A DNA stretch of 63,664 nt, the filler included, from Chiloscyllium plagiosum (taxonomy: Eukaryota), in NCBI RefSeq assembly GCF_004010195.1. It is 4 parts of one record of this genome, joined end to end, with 100 filler letters (N's around TTAATTAATTAA, not from the genome) between each part and the next. Parts side by side here need not be neighbours in the genome. Positions count along the whole stretch, not along the records: positions 1 to 28,121 come from NC_057712.1; 3 more parts are not named here. One strand, 5' to 3'. This document shows positions 13,001 to 24,565 of this stretch, piece after piece. Both the position numbers and the translations under genes were made by a program. The first letter of the stretch is position 1. Each line of letters opens with the position of its first letter. Under the pieces are notes generated by a model. The model was not told the origin of the DNA. It did no database searches and worked only from the letters and a program-made list of their open reading frames with translations.

Positions 13001-13340
13001 TAATCCCCGTCCAATTCAGGTGCAATCCATCCTTCTTATATAGATCATGTCTACCCCAGAAGACATTCCAATGATCCAAAAACGTGAATCCTTCTCCCCA
13101 GCACCAATTCATTTGCTCTATCCTTCTATTCTGAACCACACTCGCTCGTAGCACCAGAAGTAATCCAGATATTATCGTCAAGTATATGCTTTTTAAAATT
13201 CTTGCCTAATTTCTAATATTCTCTCCTCAGAATCTCATCCATTTCTCATGTTGTTAGTTCCAATGCGTACAATGACCTCCTGTTGGTCCCTCTCCTTTTT
13301 GAGAATATTCAGTACCCTTTCCAAGATATCCTTGATCCAA
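10029..13340 (-). mobile_element. Rearranged CR1 LINE: RT/3' end (10029-11690, -), inverted endonuclease piece (11691-12372, +), endonuclease and ORF1 esterase (12373-13340, -)
   Basis: ORF pieces LVRPLFEYCVQFW, ENYRLMNLTSVGSKLLE..SQHGF, GGGVV..VELRNKKG..FNFPNIDW, GASDH, DGLHLNWTG; 3' tail of CTCTATGAC type near 10030. Confidence 0.9.
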
Positions 13341-14659
13341 AACTGAAAATATATCAAAAAAAAAAGCAGCTCCTACAGCCACAATGTTTTCATGTCCTCC
13401 ATCTTGGACGACCCAGAATCCTTCAGGAGTCCAGGAACATTGGATCCAATATGACTGCTGGTCATTATGATTCATAGATTAAAGTGATTGAATGGGAAAT
13501 GAGAGATCCTAAGATTCAGTACCCACAAATTACATTTCTATAGGAGGCATCTAAATGCTTGTAAGTGAGTTGCATTGATTGTTTAAAGAGAAATTTACCA
13601 TTTTGTTGAAATGTCCTTCATATGTTATTTAATATTTGAATTATGTTGATTTTAGTTTGATTATTACAGTAAAATTCTTAACAAAGTGAAGTCGTATCCA
13701 ATGGTTTTCATTCAATTGGCTACGTGCTGATTTCTTTTATTGCTCTTTTCATAACTAGCTTTCATACCTGAACAGGTGTTTTATTTTTCTGTTGACTATA
13801 GCCTTGATCTAAAACGTGTCTAATTCATGTCAGAAAAACTAAGATTCTTGACCTTTCCTGTAACTGAGAGGAAATGCTTTTAAAATATATAGAGAGTAAC
13901 TTTTTTTCTATTTTGAATAGCATAAATAAGAGAACTAGGGTATCAGAATATTTTTTATTGTATATGGAGTTTCAGAATATTCACTGTACAAAGGAACAAT
14001 TTCTGTTGACATGCTGTGTTTTTGACCTTCAATTTCCTTTAATAAATGATTATTTACAGTTCAGCATTGTGAACAAATTATTTTAATTCTGTGCAAAAAT
14101 TATAGTTTTAATTCAACCTTTGAAAACTTTCAATGATGGAGCATTTCTGAGATACCTTTAAAAGGCCGCTCCAGAATTTACCAGCAGACACTTAAAACAT
14201 TAGTCATTCACATGAATAAGCTACAAGATGTAAAAATTAGAATTAGAAAAATCAAGATTGTTATTGTTAAAACAGGCCACGCTCAAACCTTGAGAGAAAA
14301 TTATGATATTATAAATGATTGAGTCTGACAGAAAGTGAATTTAATGCAGTGAAAAAACATGTCATACCAGTTATTGACAGCTCTTACTGCTTTCCTGAAA
14401 ACCTTTTATTCCTACACAATTTGGTAGATGCAGACTGGTACATTGTAAGCAAACTATTAATCTGCAGTCTAATTCGATAAGAAGTGGATCTTTGAATGCA
14501 TGCCCATTTTGCATGTAACTGCATTTCATATTGAAAACTCCAATACAAACTACAATTCATAAACACTTTTTTCAGGAAACATCAAGAACAATCTACCAAT
14601 AGATCCTATACATTTCTGACCTTAAAGTTTATATAGACTCACAAAGCAGTGTGGCATTA

Positions 14660-16430
14660 AGGCCTAAATTTTACCATAGAAATTGGCTGAATATCAATTT
14701 AGGAGAGTTTCATGAAAGGTTTCTCTTAATGAGCTCTCGTGAGTTGTCTCAAGCAATTCTCAGCTGCTCATTCCATTCTGTATCTACAATGCCTCTCTGT
14801 TGCCAAACTCATGCTAGTGTAAGCTCAGTAGTGATGAAGATATTCCCCACTGCTGGGACCTTCCAGGATTTCTGCCACTGACACCATTTTTAAAGCCCAA
14901 TTATCCACCAGGTCAATCATTGCCAGCCACAAAAATCCTTCATGATACATGTGGCAACAAAAGAGAACTATTTCTGATAATACAGTTAATCCTTCATTGG
15001 AAATAGAACCACACATGGTTCTTTGCAACATCATCGATCTGATTGATAAGCATTATAACTGCAGCTACAAGAATCAAGCTATACAGGCTACCTGACCATA
15101 GTGCAGAACCCTCTCGAAGGATGTATTACTTTTTCAGCATGCAAGCAAGATGGAGACATGACTGAATGCAGAGCCACAAGAAGATGAATAATCTCTTATG
15201 GTCTGTCAGAGTAAGTGCAACTGCCTATTACATTCATCAAGCTCCCATGACTGCATCATAGAAAGCTTGCAACCATACAGGAGCAACACACACACCTTTG
15301 GATCACATGCCTCATGTTTCTCAGGTCATTTTCCCAGCTGCTGGTACTATAGCCACACAGTAATACTGCTTCACACATCTGCCATAGTTTACATTTAAAC
15401 AGAAAGCAGTCAGCAGCACACAGCATCAGCTCACTGACTTCTCCTCATAACTAGGCAACATCACATAGATCCTAGTCAAAATCTTTAATGGGATAAAGTC
15501 TCAAACATAAAAGGTGGCTTGAATATCAACACCTCAATGTATATTGTACAAACACGTAACATGAAACTTTATTGAAATCCATCAAATCCAGCCTTTTTAC
15601 TATCTGCAGACATAATCTATTCAGAACCATCTCAATCATAACATTTCTCAAACCATTTTCTTCTTGCTCAAAATACATAAGGGCAACTCCAGCTCTGGAG
15701 ACTTACTTCTGTACCGGTCCCTATCAATGCAGGCAAAATGTTCCTTTTGTTCAATATCTGCACTCTTTGTTAAGGATTGCATGTCACGACACTAACATGT
15801 TTTGTTTTTCTGCAGTCTCCAAATTATAGACCCATGCAAATTGAGGAATTCCACAGTCCCCTTTCTCCCAACCCTACACAGCAAAACTCTGAGGAAAAGC
15901 AGCCAGTATCACAGAAACACAGATCAGAATTGTATAATCATAAAACAATCAGATGATTCTATGATACTGGCTGCTTTTCCTCAGTCTCTTTAGAGGAAGC
16001 ACTGTCAAGACATTCACCCTACCTCCAGTTTAGTGTGTAATCTCAGGGTCACAATCTGGTGAGCACAGCACTGGCACAGGCCTGTATCTGCAGGAACAAG
16101 CAAGGGCTAAGGTCTCCGATACATGATAGACTACTGCAGAGCAGGCCCTTGCTAAGACAACTACAGTTAAGGAGCCTTTGGATTTGGACAGAGGTGCAAA
16201 GGGAAGGAGAGTATCTGGCAGTGCTGCCAGAGGTCACAGGGAAGACTGGATCAAAGTGTAAAGGAGCCTAGCCACATTTTGTCGATCCATAGCTCTGGCA
16301 TACAAGCACATGACTGTCACTATTGACTAGGTGACAGCTGCTGTGGATACCCAGGTCCAGCAGGACTGTATCTGCCAGACATGTGATCGGACCTTCATTC
16401 CATCATTTGATCCACCAAAGGATTAATTCA
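14660..16430 (+). mobile_element. Possible highly decayed PIF/Harbinger transposon remnant
   Basis: GGCCTAAATTTTACC TIR-like start at ~14661. Patchy resemblance at 14920-15240 to HARBI1-like DDE transposase motifs. Judged by eye only. Confidence 0.3.
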
Positions 16431-16799
16431 ATGGATCAGTGACAGGGTGTCATGATAGTTTGATCCCAATCCAGGTGCCCCATTGTCACAAAAAGAGAGG
16501 GATGTGCCAAACTCTTCAGTGGCAAAAAGACAAAGCAGCCAACAGACTTCCAGCAGCTCAACTGTGGCTGCCAACGTAGTGTCCAAACATAATGGCAGGA
16601 AGACAAATCTAAAAGACCCTTTCAGAACTATTGCTAGAAACAATTGGAGATAGAACTAACCCTCACAAGAAAAATGTGGATTGACTTAGAAGAGTCAGCA
16701 TGAATTTGTTCAGGAGAAATTATGGATTTTCTGGAATAGTTTGAAGAGGTAAGAGAGAGGATTGATGAGTGGGAGGCTGTTGAGGTGGTGTACATTGCA

Positions 16800-17520
16800 G
16801 CCAACTTGATCTGTACCACATCCAGAAACATTCACTTCCTTCACCATGACCCTCAGTGGCAGCAGTGTATCATCTATACGATGCACTGTGCAAATTCATC
16901 AAAGATCATTAGACAACATCTTTAAAACACACAATTGCTACCTCTCAAAGGACATGAGAGCACCACAATTGTGCAAACTTACTCACCATCCAAACTTGAA
17001 AACATATTCCTATTCCTTCAGTCCTATTGAGTCAAACTACTGGCACTTTCAGCATTGTGGGCACTTTATTCGTTCGTTGGATGTGAGCATTGCTGGCTGG
17101 ACCAGCATTTATTGCTTATCCCTAATTGTCCAGACGATATTGAAGAGTCAACTACATTCCTGTGGATCTGGAGTAATGTATAGCCCAGACCAAGTAATGA
17201 TGGTAGATTTCCTTTCCTATGGGTCTTTAGTGAACCAAATAGGTTTTCATGTTAATTGGTGTTTTCAAGGACATCATTAGACTAGGTTTTTAATTCCTGA
17301 TTTACACTGAATTCAAACTTCACCATCTGCTAGTAGGGATTTGAAACCCATGTCCCAGAATACTCGCTCTTTTTTTTTCTAGATTACTAGTCCAGCCACG
17401 TTACTGCTATACCAATGCTTCCCTTGTGCCTACACCAAATGGACTGCATCTCATCACCAGCTTTGCAAGGAGAACTAGATATGGGCAATAAATGTGGTCC
17501 ACATCTAATGAATGAAGAAT
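16800..17520 (+). mobile_element. Old LINE 3' fragment (tail ...AACTAGATATGGGCAATAAATG), interrupted by a SINE
   Basis: Same tail family recurs at 62150-62380; split at ~17064/17424 by the SINE listed next. Confidence 0.6.
17065..17423 (-). mobile_element. tRNA-derived SINE, SacSINE1/Deu-SINE-like
   Basis: Minus strand reads head GGGAAGCATTGGTATAGCAG..GGACTAGTAATCTAG, B-box-like GGGTTTCAAATCCC, body ..GGTTCACTAAAGACCC..GGAAATCTACCATC.., tail GGGATAAGCAATAAATGCTGG. Family name recalled, not searched. Confidence 0.7.
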
Positions 17521-17577
17521 TTTAAAATGATGTTATAAGGACTTTGTGAGAAAAGGGAGAACATCTGGCGGCACCAT

Positions 17578-17896
17578 GGCAGCACGGTGTCTCAGTGGTT
17601 AGCACTGCTGCCTCACCAGGGCCCCAGGTTCGATTCCAGCCTCGGGTGACTGTCTGCGTGGAGTTTGCACATTCTCCCAGTGTCTGCGTGGGTTTCCTCC
17701 AGGTACTCCGGTTTCCTCTCTCAGTCCAAGATGTGCAGGCCAGGTGAATTGGCCATGTTAAATTGCTCATAGTGTTAGGTCAGTTAGTCAGAGGGGAAAT
17801 GGGTCTGGGTGGGTTACTCATCGGAGGGTCGGTGTGGACTGGTTGGGCTGAAGGTCCTTTTTCCACACTGTAGGGGGATCTAATCTAATCTAATCT
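17578..17896 (+). mobile_element. HE1-type V-SINE (tRNA-derived)
   Basis: GGCAGCACGGTGTCTCAGTGGTTAGCACTGCTGCCTCAC head (A box); B box GGTTCGATTCC at 17627-17637; V-domain GTGGAGTTTGCACATTCTCCC..GCGTGGGTTTCCTCC; (TCTAA)n tail. Confidence 0.9.
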
Positions 17897-18838
17897 TCAG
17901 ATCTTGAAGGCTACCCAAAGCCTTCCCAATAGATCAGTAAAGTTTGCATGGTCAGGAAAGAGGAGTTACATCCACAGCAAAGCACAGCCTGAGTGAGGAT
18001 TTAATTCAGGGATTTTGGAGCAATGTGGGAATTCAGTGCAGAGGGGAAGAGGGTTTTTTTTTGCCAGGCCTTTTAGCAAAAAGAGAAATAAGAAATGTAG
18101 TTGTAATCGGGTTAGTTTAGTCAGGAGAATGGACACTGTTCTCTGTGGTAAAGATCAAGCATTTCAGAGGCTGTGATGTCTTCTTGGTTCAGTATATCTC
18201 ATCTGGGCTTTGGAGTAGGAGAGGAAAGATCCAGTTGTCATGATCCGTGTAAGTACCAATGATATAGGTAGAAAGAGGAAAGACGTTCTGCTGAGGCAAT
18301 CTGAGCTAGGGGCTAAATTAGAAAGCAAAACCACAAAAGGTAATAATCACCTGACCCATGAGTTAATAGGCACACAGGCAACAAGATTAAAATGTGTGGC
18401 TCAAAGCTTGGTGTGGGAGAAATGAGTTTGAATTCACGGGACATTGGCACCAGTACTGGGGAAGGAGAGAGCCGTTCTGATGGATTGGGTTCCACCTGAA
18501 TCATGCTGGGACCACAGTTTTGGAGAATCATGTAACTACGGCTGTGGATAGGGCTTTAAACTAAATAGTGGGAGAGGGTATGTTCAATCGCATGGAAAAT
18601 TCTAAAATCTCAGATGAAAGAGAAGGGAAAATTGCAGATTAGTGACAGGGCTGATTGTTACTAGAAAAAAAAGAAGTGACAGAATGTGTGAATGTTATAT
18701 TTCACCAAGGCAACATAAAAATGTAGAATAATTTTGATAATAGAATAAATTTAAAGACTTTGTATCTTAATGCATGACTTTGTATCTTAATGCATGTATC
18801 TTAATATGGTAGATGAACTGATGGTGCAAATTGAGCTA

Positions 18839-19040
18839 CATGTCGTTCTGCTATAATGGGAATTTAGTTAACGCGAATTCGCTGTAATGCGATTGACAAA
18901 TTGGGGACACACTTTTAAAGCGTATATTGGCTATAACGCGATTCAAGCCCCATTGTTTAAATGGAGTTGCTATTACGCAAATTTCTTATGTTGCAGGATT
19001 GCACGAGAATGGAACTATTGCATTATAGCAGAACCAACTG
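18839..19040. mobile_element. Tigger/pogo-type MITE nested in the CR1 endonuclease region
   Basis: Imperfect TIRs CATGTCGTTCTGCTATAA / TTATAGCAGAACCAACTG; TA TSDs at 18837-38 and 19041-42. Excision restores VQIELNEYDLIGITE. Confidence 0.85.
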
Positions 19041-20476
19041 TAAATGAATATGATCTCATAGGCATTACAGAAATACGATTACAAAGATATCAAAACTGGC
19101 ACATTTGACGTTTGGGAGAGATGGGTGGGATGGTAAAGGTTGAGGGTATCACAATTAATAAGAGATTAAATTAAGACAGTTGTGAGAGACAGTCTAGACT
19201 TAGATGACGTACAGTCCAGTTGGGTGGTCGTAAAAACAGCGAGAGAGAGAAGACATTAGTAGGAGTAGTGTGCAGACCACCGATCTATAGCCACTCTGGT
19301 AAAAGCTATAAATTATTGCTCTGTTCTTTTTACATGTTTCCATTATATGAATTAGTATAAACACGTAAAAAGAAAACAGCAATAATTATTGGTGACTTTA
19401 ACCTTCATGTTGATTGGGTTAATCAGATTGGAAAGGGCAGCTATGACAATAAAAGCTAAAGTATATCAGATCTAGTTTCCCAGAGCAATATGTCATAGAG
19501 CCAACCAGGGAGCAGGCTCTCTTGGATCTAGTAATGGATAATGAGGCAGGTTTAATAAATGACCTCAGAGTAAAAGATCCCATAGAAAGTAGTGAACATA
19601 ACATGATAGAATTTAATACCCAGTTTTTGAGTGAGAAACTTGGGTTGGTAACAACTGTGTTTAACTTAAATAACAAGAATTACAATGAAGTGAGGAATAG
19701 AGATAGCTAAAGCGAACTAAGTAAATAGATTAACAGGAATGACAATAAGTAAGCAGTGGAAGACATTCAATCAGTTAATCCGTGACTCTCAGCAAAAATA
19801 CATTCCAATAAGGAGGAAAGATTCTAAAAGGGAGAATAAACAACAATGGCTAACCAAAGTAGTTAAGGAGAGCATTAAGCTGAAAGATAAAGCATATAAG
19901 GAAGCAAAAGTCAGTGATAGTCACAAAGACTGGGATACATTCAGAATTTAACAAAGGATGATAAAAAGATTTTAAAAATAGAGAAAATAAATCAAGAGGA
20001 CAAACTCGTCAGGAATATAAAACTGACAATAAGTGTTTCTTTAAATATATAAAAAGCAGGGGAGAGGTCAAAGTGAGCATAGGCCCATTAGAAAATGAAT
20101 CTGTGAAGACATATTTAGGAACAAGAAAATGACAGAGGACTTGAACAGCTATTTTGCATTTGTATTTAGAATGGAAGACACATCCAATGTTCCATTAATA
20201 CCAAGGAATACAGGGAAGGAATTAAGTAACATCTCCATCACCATCATTGAAGAAGTAGTTATAGACAAACTAATGGGTTATGGAGTCCCCTGACCCTATT
20301 GGCTTGCATCCTAGGAATGTAAAAGAGTTGGCTGCAGAGACAGCAGATCCAAAAATGGTTGGATTCTGGAAAATACCAAAGAATTGGAAAACTGCTAATG
20401 TATCACCCCTGTTCAAAATGAGATGGGAGCAAAAAGTGGTTAAATATAGGCTGACTAGCCTAACATCAATTATTGG

Positions 20477-20752
20477 GCAGCACGGTGGCTCAGTGGTTGG
20501 CACTGCTGCCTCATAGCATCATGGTCCCAGGTTCGATTCCAACCTTGGGCGACTGTCTGTATGGAGTTTGCACATTCTCCCTGTGCCTGCGAGGGTTTCC
20601 TCCCACAGTCCAAAGATATGCAGGTCAGTTGAATTGGTCATGCTAAATTGCCCCATAGTGTTAGGTCAATTGGGTAGTGGTGGGTTACTCTTTGGAGGGT
20701 AGGTCTGGACTGGTTGGGCTGAAGGGCCTGTTTCCACACTGTAGGTAATCTC
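20477..20752 (+). mobile_element. HE1-type V-SINE nested in the CR1 RT region
   Basis: A box GGTGGCTCAGTGG, B box GGTTCGATTCC, V-domain; ATTGG TSD at 20472-76 and 20753-57. Excision restores LTSIIGKVLKSIIKE. Confidence 0.9.
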
Positions 20753-21242
20753 ATTGGAAAAGTATTGAAATCAATTATTAAGGAAGTAATCACAGAACAT
20801 TTACAAAATTATAATCTAATCAAGTAGACTCAGCATGGCTTCATGAAAGGGAAATGGTGTCTGATTTATTTGTTGGAGTTTTTCAAAGAAGTCACAACCA
20901 GATGGGATAGAGGGCAAGTAGTAGATATGTGGTTGTTGGAGTTCAAGAACACATTCAACAAGGTATCTCACAAAAAGTTAAGAAACAAGGTAACAGCCCA
21001 CTGTTTTGGAGGTAGTATATTGGCAAGGATAAAGAATTGGCCAATGGGCAGGAAACAGCAAGTGAGTATAAGGGGTACTTTTTCAGGTTGGTGACCCAAA
21101 GCTGGTGGGGTTCCACAGGGATCAGTGCTAGAACCACAATCATTTACAATATATAAATGACTTCTATGAAGGAAGTCAACGTACTGTCACCACATTTACA
21201 GGTGACACATTAATAGATGGAAAGGTAGATTGCAAGAAGTAT

Positions 21243-21930
21243 TGAAGTGGGAAATAGCACGGGGTAGGGTGACACGAGGCACACAAACACAGAAGATGGC
21301 CGCTGAGCCATAAGTTGACCACTTGTCACACAAGATGGCCACCGGACCACAATATGGAGAGAGATAGCAGATGAAACACAGATACTGCCTGGATCCACCA
21401 GAATGCCAGCACAATGCACTCACAACCTATTTGATTAGTTTAAAGCAGGTGGGGAAGAGAATACACATGAGTAGAGTATACTGCCTGTCGAAGTGTCTGG
21501 ATCCAGCCAACACCTTTTATAGAAATGCTAACAGTTTGATACAGACTCAATACGAAATGCTAATAGCCAGGGCTGCAGTAATTGTCCTTCTCAGGAAGAG
21601 CGATTAGCACCCATTACTACAGCAATGGACTTCCAAGCAGACACTGAAACTGACAATGTCCACACTGAAATTAACAAAGGCTGTGCTGGAACTGACAATA
21701 ACTACACCGAAACCAACAACAATTCTGCAATGTTTACAATAACCTCATCACTGACCTACTATATTACAAAGCGTATAAAAGTATCTTGCTGTGGACTGAG
21801 AGAAGACTCGCAACTGGCCACTGTGTTGTTGGTATCTTTCTCTCCCTGGAGCTCCAGTATTTCCTTGTACAATAAACTCTTGTCGTTGAACCCCGACTCT
21901 GACTCAGAGGCTGGTGATTTTCCCCACAAC
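21243..21930 (+). mobile_element. Probable solo LTR nested in the CR1 RT region
   Basis: ~690-bp non-LINE insert. Imperfect inverted termini TGAAGTGGGAAA / TTTTCCCCACAA; TATAAAA at 21774-80 and AATAAA at 21871-76 in U3-R-U5 order. No clean TSD. Confidence 0.6.
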
Positions 21931-22813
21931 TGTTAAAAGCTAAATAGACAAAAAATTGACAAATGAAGTATCATGTGGGAAAATGTGAAATTATTCACTT
22001 TGGAAGGGAGAACAAAAGAACAGAATATTATGTAAATGGAGTAAAACTGGAGAAAGCTGCAATACAAGGTAACTTGGAGATATGTGTGTATGAAACCCAA
22101 AAAGTAAGTAATCAGGAAGAGCAATTGATTTTAATTGGCCTTTTTTCCAGAGTGTGGGAATACAGAGTATGAATGAGAGGTGATCTCATTGAAACATAGA
22201 GGGTCATAAGGTGCTTGACAGGGTAAATACTGGGAGGATGTTTCCCTACATGGGAGAGCCTAGGATTAGAGGGCATAGTCTCAGAATAAAGGCTCCAGTT
22301 TAGGACTGAAATGAGGAGATATTTCTTCTCTCAGAGGGTTAAGAGTCGTTGGAACTCCTTGCCAAAGGGAACTGTGGGAGCAGACTCCTATGTATTATAA
22401 AGGCTGAGATAGATTTTTGACCTTTAGAGGAATGAAGGGTGAGGGGAAAATGTAGGAAAGTGGATATGAGGAATGTCAGATCAGCCAAGATCCTACTGAA
22501 TGGCACAGCAGGCTCCAGAGGGTGACTGCTCCACTCCTGTTCTTATTTCTTATGGTCTTAATTGTCTCAGTAGCAAGTTTACTGGCATGAACTGTACCTG
22601 CGACGGAATCTAACATTAGAGAGAAGAACATTTTCTTATTCGATTACCGTGTAGATTTGCTCTATTTTAAAGGTAAAATGGTCTCATGCCCTATTCAGAA
22701 GAGGGGGTGGTGGTAATAATCTGTTCAATCACATGTTGGCAAAGGTTGGCATCACACCCTCATATGACATGATGCCAGCAGTGATCATCTAAATCATACA
22801 ACAAAGTCAGCAG

Positions 22814-23477
22814 CTACCTTTTATCTCAGCCCAGCTCCCCCCTACCTTTTATCTCACCCTGCTTGGCACACCAGCCTCATTCCTGAAGAAGGGCTTATGC
22901 CAGAAACGTCGATTCTCCTGCACCTCGGATGCTGCCTGGCCTGCTGTGTTTTTCCAGCACCACATTTTTCAACTCTGGTCTCCAGCATCTGCAGAACTCA
23001 CTTTATCCTAGAAGATTTTAACCTACTGCAAATCCTCTTGCAAGGATGCCTTCCTTGAAGAAGCTCCCCTCCTCCCTCTACAAGGATCTCAGTGAGTCCC
23101 TCTCTCACTGCACCCCCCAGGTCATCTCCTCTGCCCTGAAGCTCTTCAGCCACGTCCTCAAACAGACTCGCTACCACAGCCACATCTCCTTCCTCAGCAC
23201 CTGCCTACGGAACCAACTGACCCCGCATGGACTCCGGACTACATTCAGACCAACACAATGTGGACCCAACCAGGACAACCAGTACCTGCAACAAATCCGA
23301 AGCCCCCCTCCTACCTTTTATCTCAGCCTGCTTGGCACACCAGCCTCATTTCTGAAGAACGGCTTATGCCCGAAACGTCGATTCTCCTGCTCCTCGGATG
23401 CTGCCTGGCCTGCTGTGGTTTTCCAGCACCACATTTTTCAACTCTGGTCTCCAGCATCTGCAGTCCTCACTTTCTCC
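22814..23477 (+). mobile_element. PLE family A partial tandem: pLTR - ORF 5' end - pLTR, with two hammerhead cores
   Basis: Direct pLTR repeats flank ORF start MPSLKKLPSSLYKDLSESLSHC..RYHSHISFLSTCLRNQLTPHGL. HHR cores at 22883-22910 and 23352-23379. TCAGCAG TSD at 22807-13 and 23478-84. Confidence 0.85.
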
Positions 23478-23702
23478 TCAGCAGTGGCACAGACTGGAAT
23501 TTGATTTAACTGTGCAGAATAAATTCGAGTGAATGCAAAAGAAAATTCCAGTTATAGCTTTAGGAGTGACTTGAGCAAACTGGCTGAGCAGCCAAACTTG
23601 TACGATTCTACAGTCAAGGGGGGAAAAAAGCACTTCAGACCCAAGCAAAAAGTGCAGGAGCAAGTGTGAGTCAGAAGATACATCAGCCTCGCATTATATC
23701 AC

Positions 23703-23836
23703 GAGGAGAAAGTGAGGTCTGCAGATGCTGGAGATCAAAGTTGAAACTTTATTGCTGGAACAGCACAGCAGGTCAGGCAGCATCCAGGGAACAGGAGATT
23801 CGACGTTTCGGGCACAGGCCCTTCTTCAAGTTTCAA
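23703..23836 (-). mobile_element. PLE family A pLTR mini-insertion with 15-bp TSD
   Basis: CTCGCATTATATCAC at 23688-23702 and 23837-23851; a short inverted piece (AAGTTTCAACT) at the truncated end. Confidence 0.85.
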
Positions 23837-24363
23837 CTCGCATTATATCACACCTATTAGTCACAGATTGCATTAGTTTATCAGTGTTCTGCAGTAGTCT
23901 TAATCAGAGATTCCTCACAGAGTGTAAATGGTGAGAGGAACAGCAACAAAGTGTGAATGGTGAGATGCTTTGTGATCCCTTATACAAAAATAAACAATGT
24001 CGTTACAGGTTGAAATGGTCTGAGGTGAAGCAGAAGTGCTTAAACCTTAGAATGAACATTGCCACTAAAGCAGGCAGACAGCATGATGCATGGCTACAGA
24101 AGGGAAACCAAGGTCCTGGGACCAGCAATGTATTGAGGCCAGTTTTATTATAGTAAAAGGACAATTTCGGAGCTTCAGCACAGTGTCTAAAAGAAGAACA
24201 CAAGGAGACTATTGAGGCGACAATATGAGCAGGAGATCCATAAATGTGGTTAAGATGGGAAGAGTTCATCAAGGCTGCAGAAAACTGGATTTATTGGACA
24301 GTGCCATTAAAGCGAATGGGAGCCTTAATTAAAACTATAGGGCAACTGATATTATTAGATGCA

Positions 24364-24565
24364 GTGTTTTAGATTAGAGGGTTGCTGGAAAAGCACAGCA
24401 GGTCAGGCAGCATCCGAGGAGCAGGAAAATCAACGTTTGATGAAGGGCTTTTGCCCGAAATGTCGATTTTCCTGCTCCTCAGATGCTGCCTGACCTGCTG
24501 TGCCTTTACAGCACCACTCTGATCTTAACTCTGGTTTCCAGCATCTGCAGTCCTGAGTTTGCCTC
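24364..24565. mobile_element. Foldback PLE pLTR mini-element (family A variant) with 13-bp TSD
   Basis: Opposed arms; ATTATTAGATGCA at 24351-63 and 24566-78; degenerate HHR core (TTGATGAAGGGCTTTTGCCCGAAATGTC) at the centre. Confidence 0.85.

Larger units (their letters stand above)
18085..22560 (+). mobile_element. Decayed long CR1-clade LINE (ORF1 esterase remnant, endonuclease, RT, 3' UTR ending TTCTTATGGTCTTA) carrying three nested insertions
   Basis: VSTNDIGRK, YDLIGITE, GDFN, SEHNMIEF, NWKTANVSPLFK, QHGFMKGK.CL..LLEFF, GVPQGSVL, MKYHVGKCEIIHFG; many stops and frameshifts. Confidence 0.9.

Noticed and set aside
13727..13736. AG-AAATCA match to the recalled human micro-exon sequence
   Set aside because: Upstream sequence is purine-rich (no pyrimidine tract) and the donor would be a poor GC.
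14388..14411. Alternative micro-exon candidate (ttttcag|GAAAGCA|gtaaga)
   Set aside because: 7 nt would shift the frame; the 24-nt alternative has a weak acceptor and no laminin similarity. The 2267-2272 candidate fits better.
17578..17640. tRNA-like A/B boxes (also 20477-20540)
   Set aside because: SINE heads continuing into the V-domain; no complete cloverleaf or terminator, so not tRNA genes.
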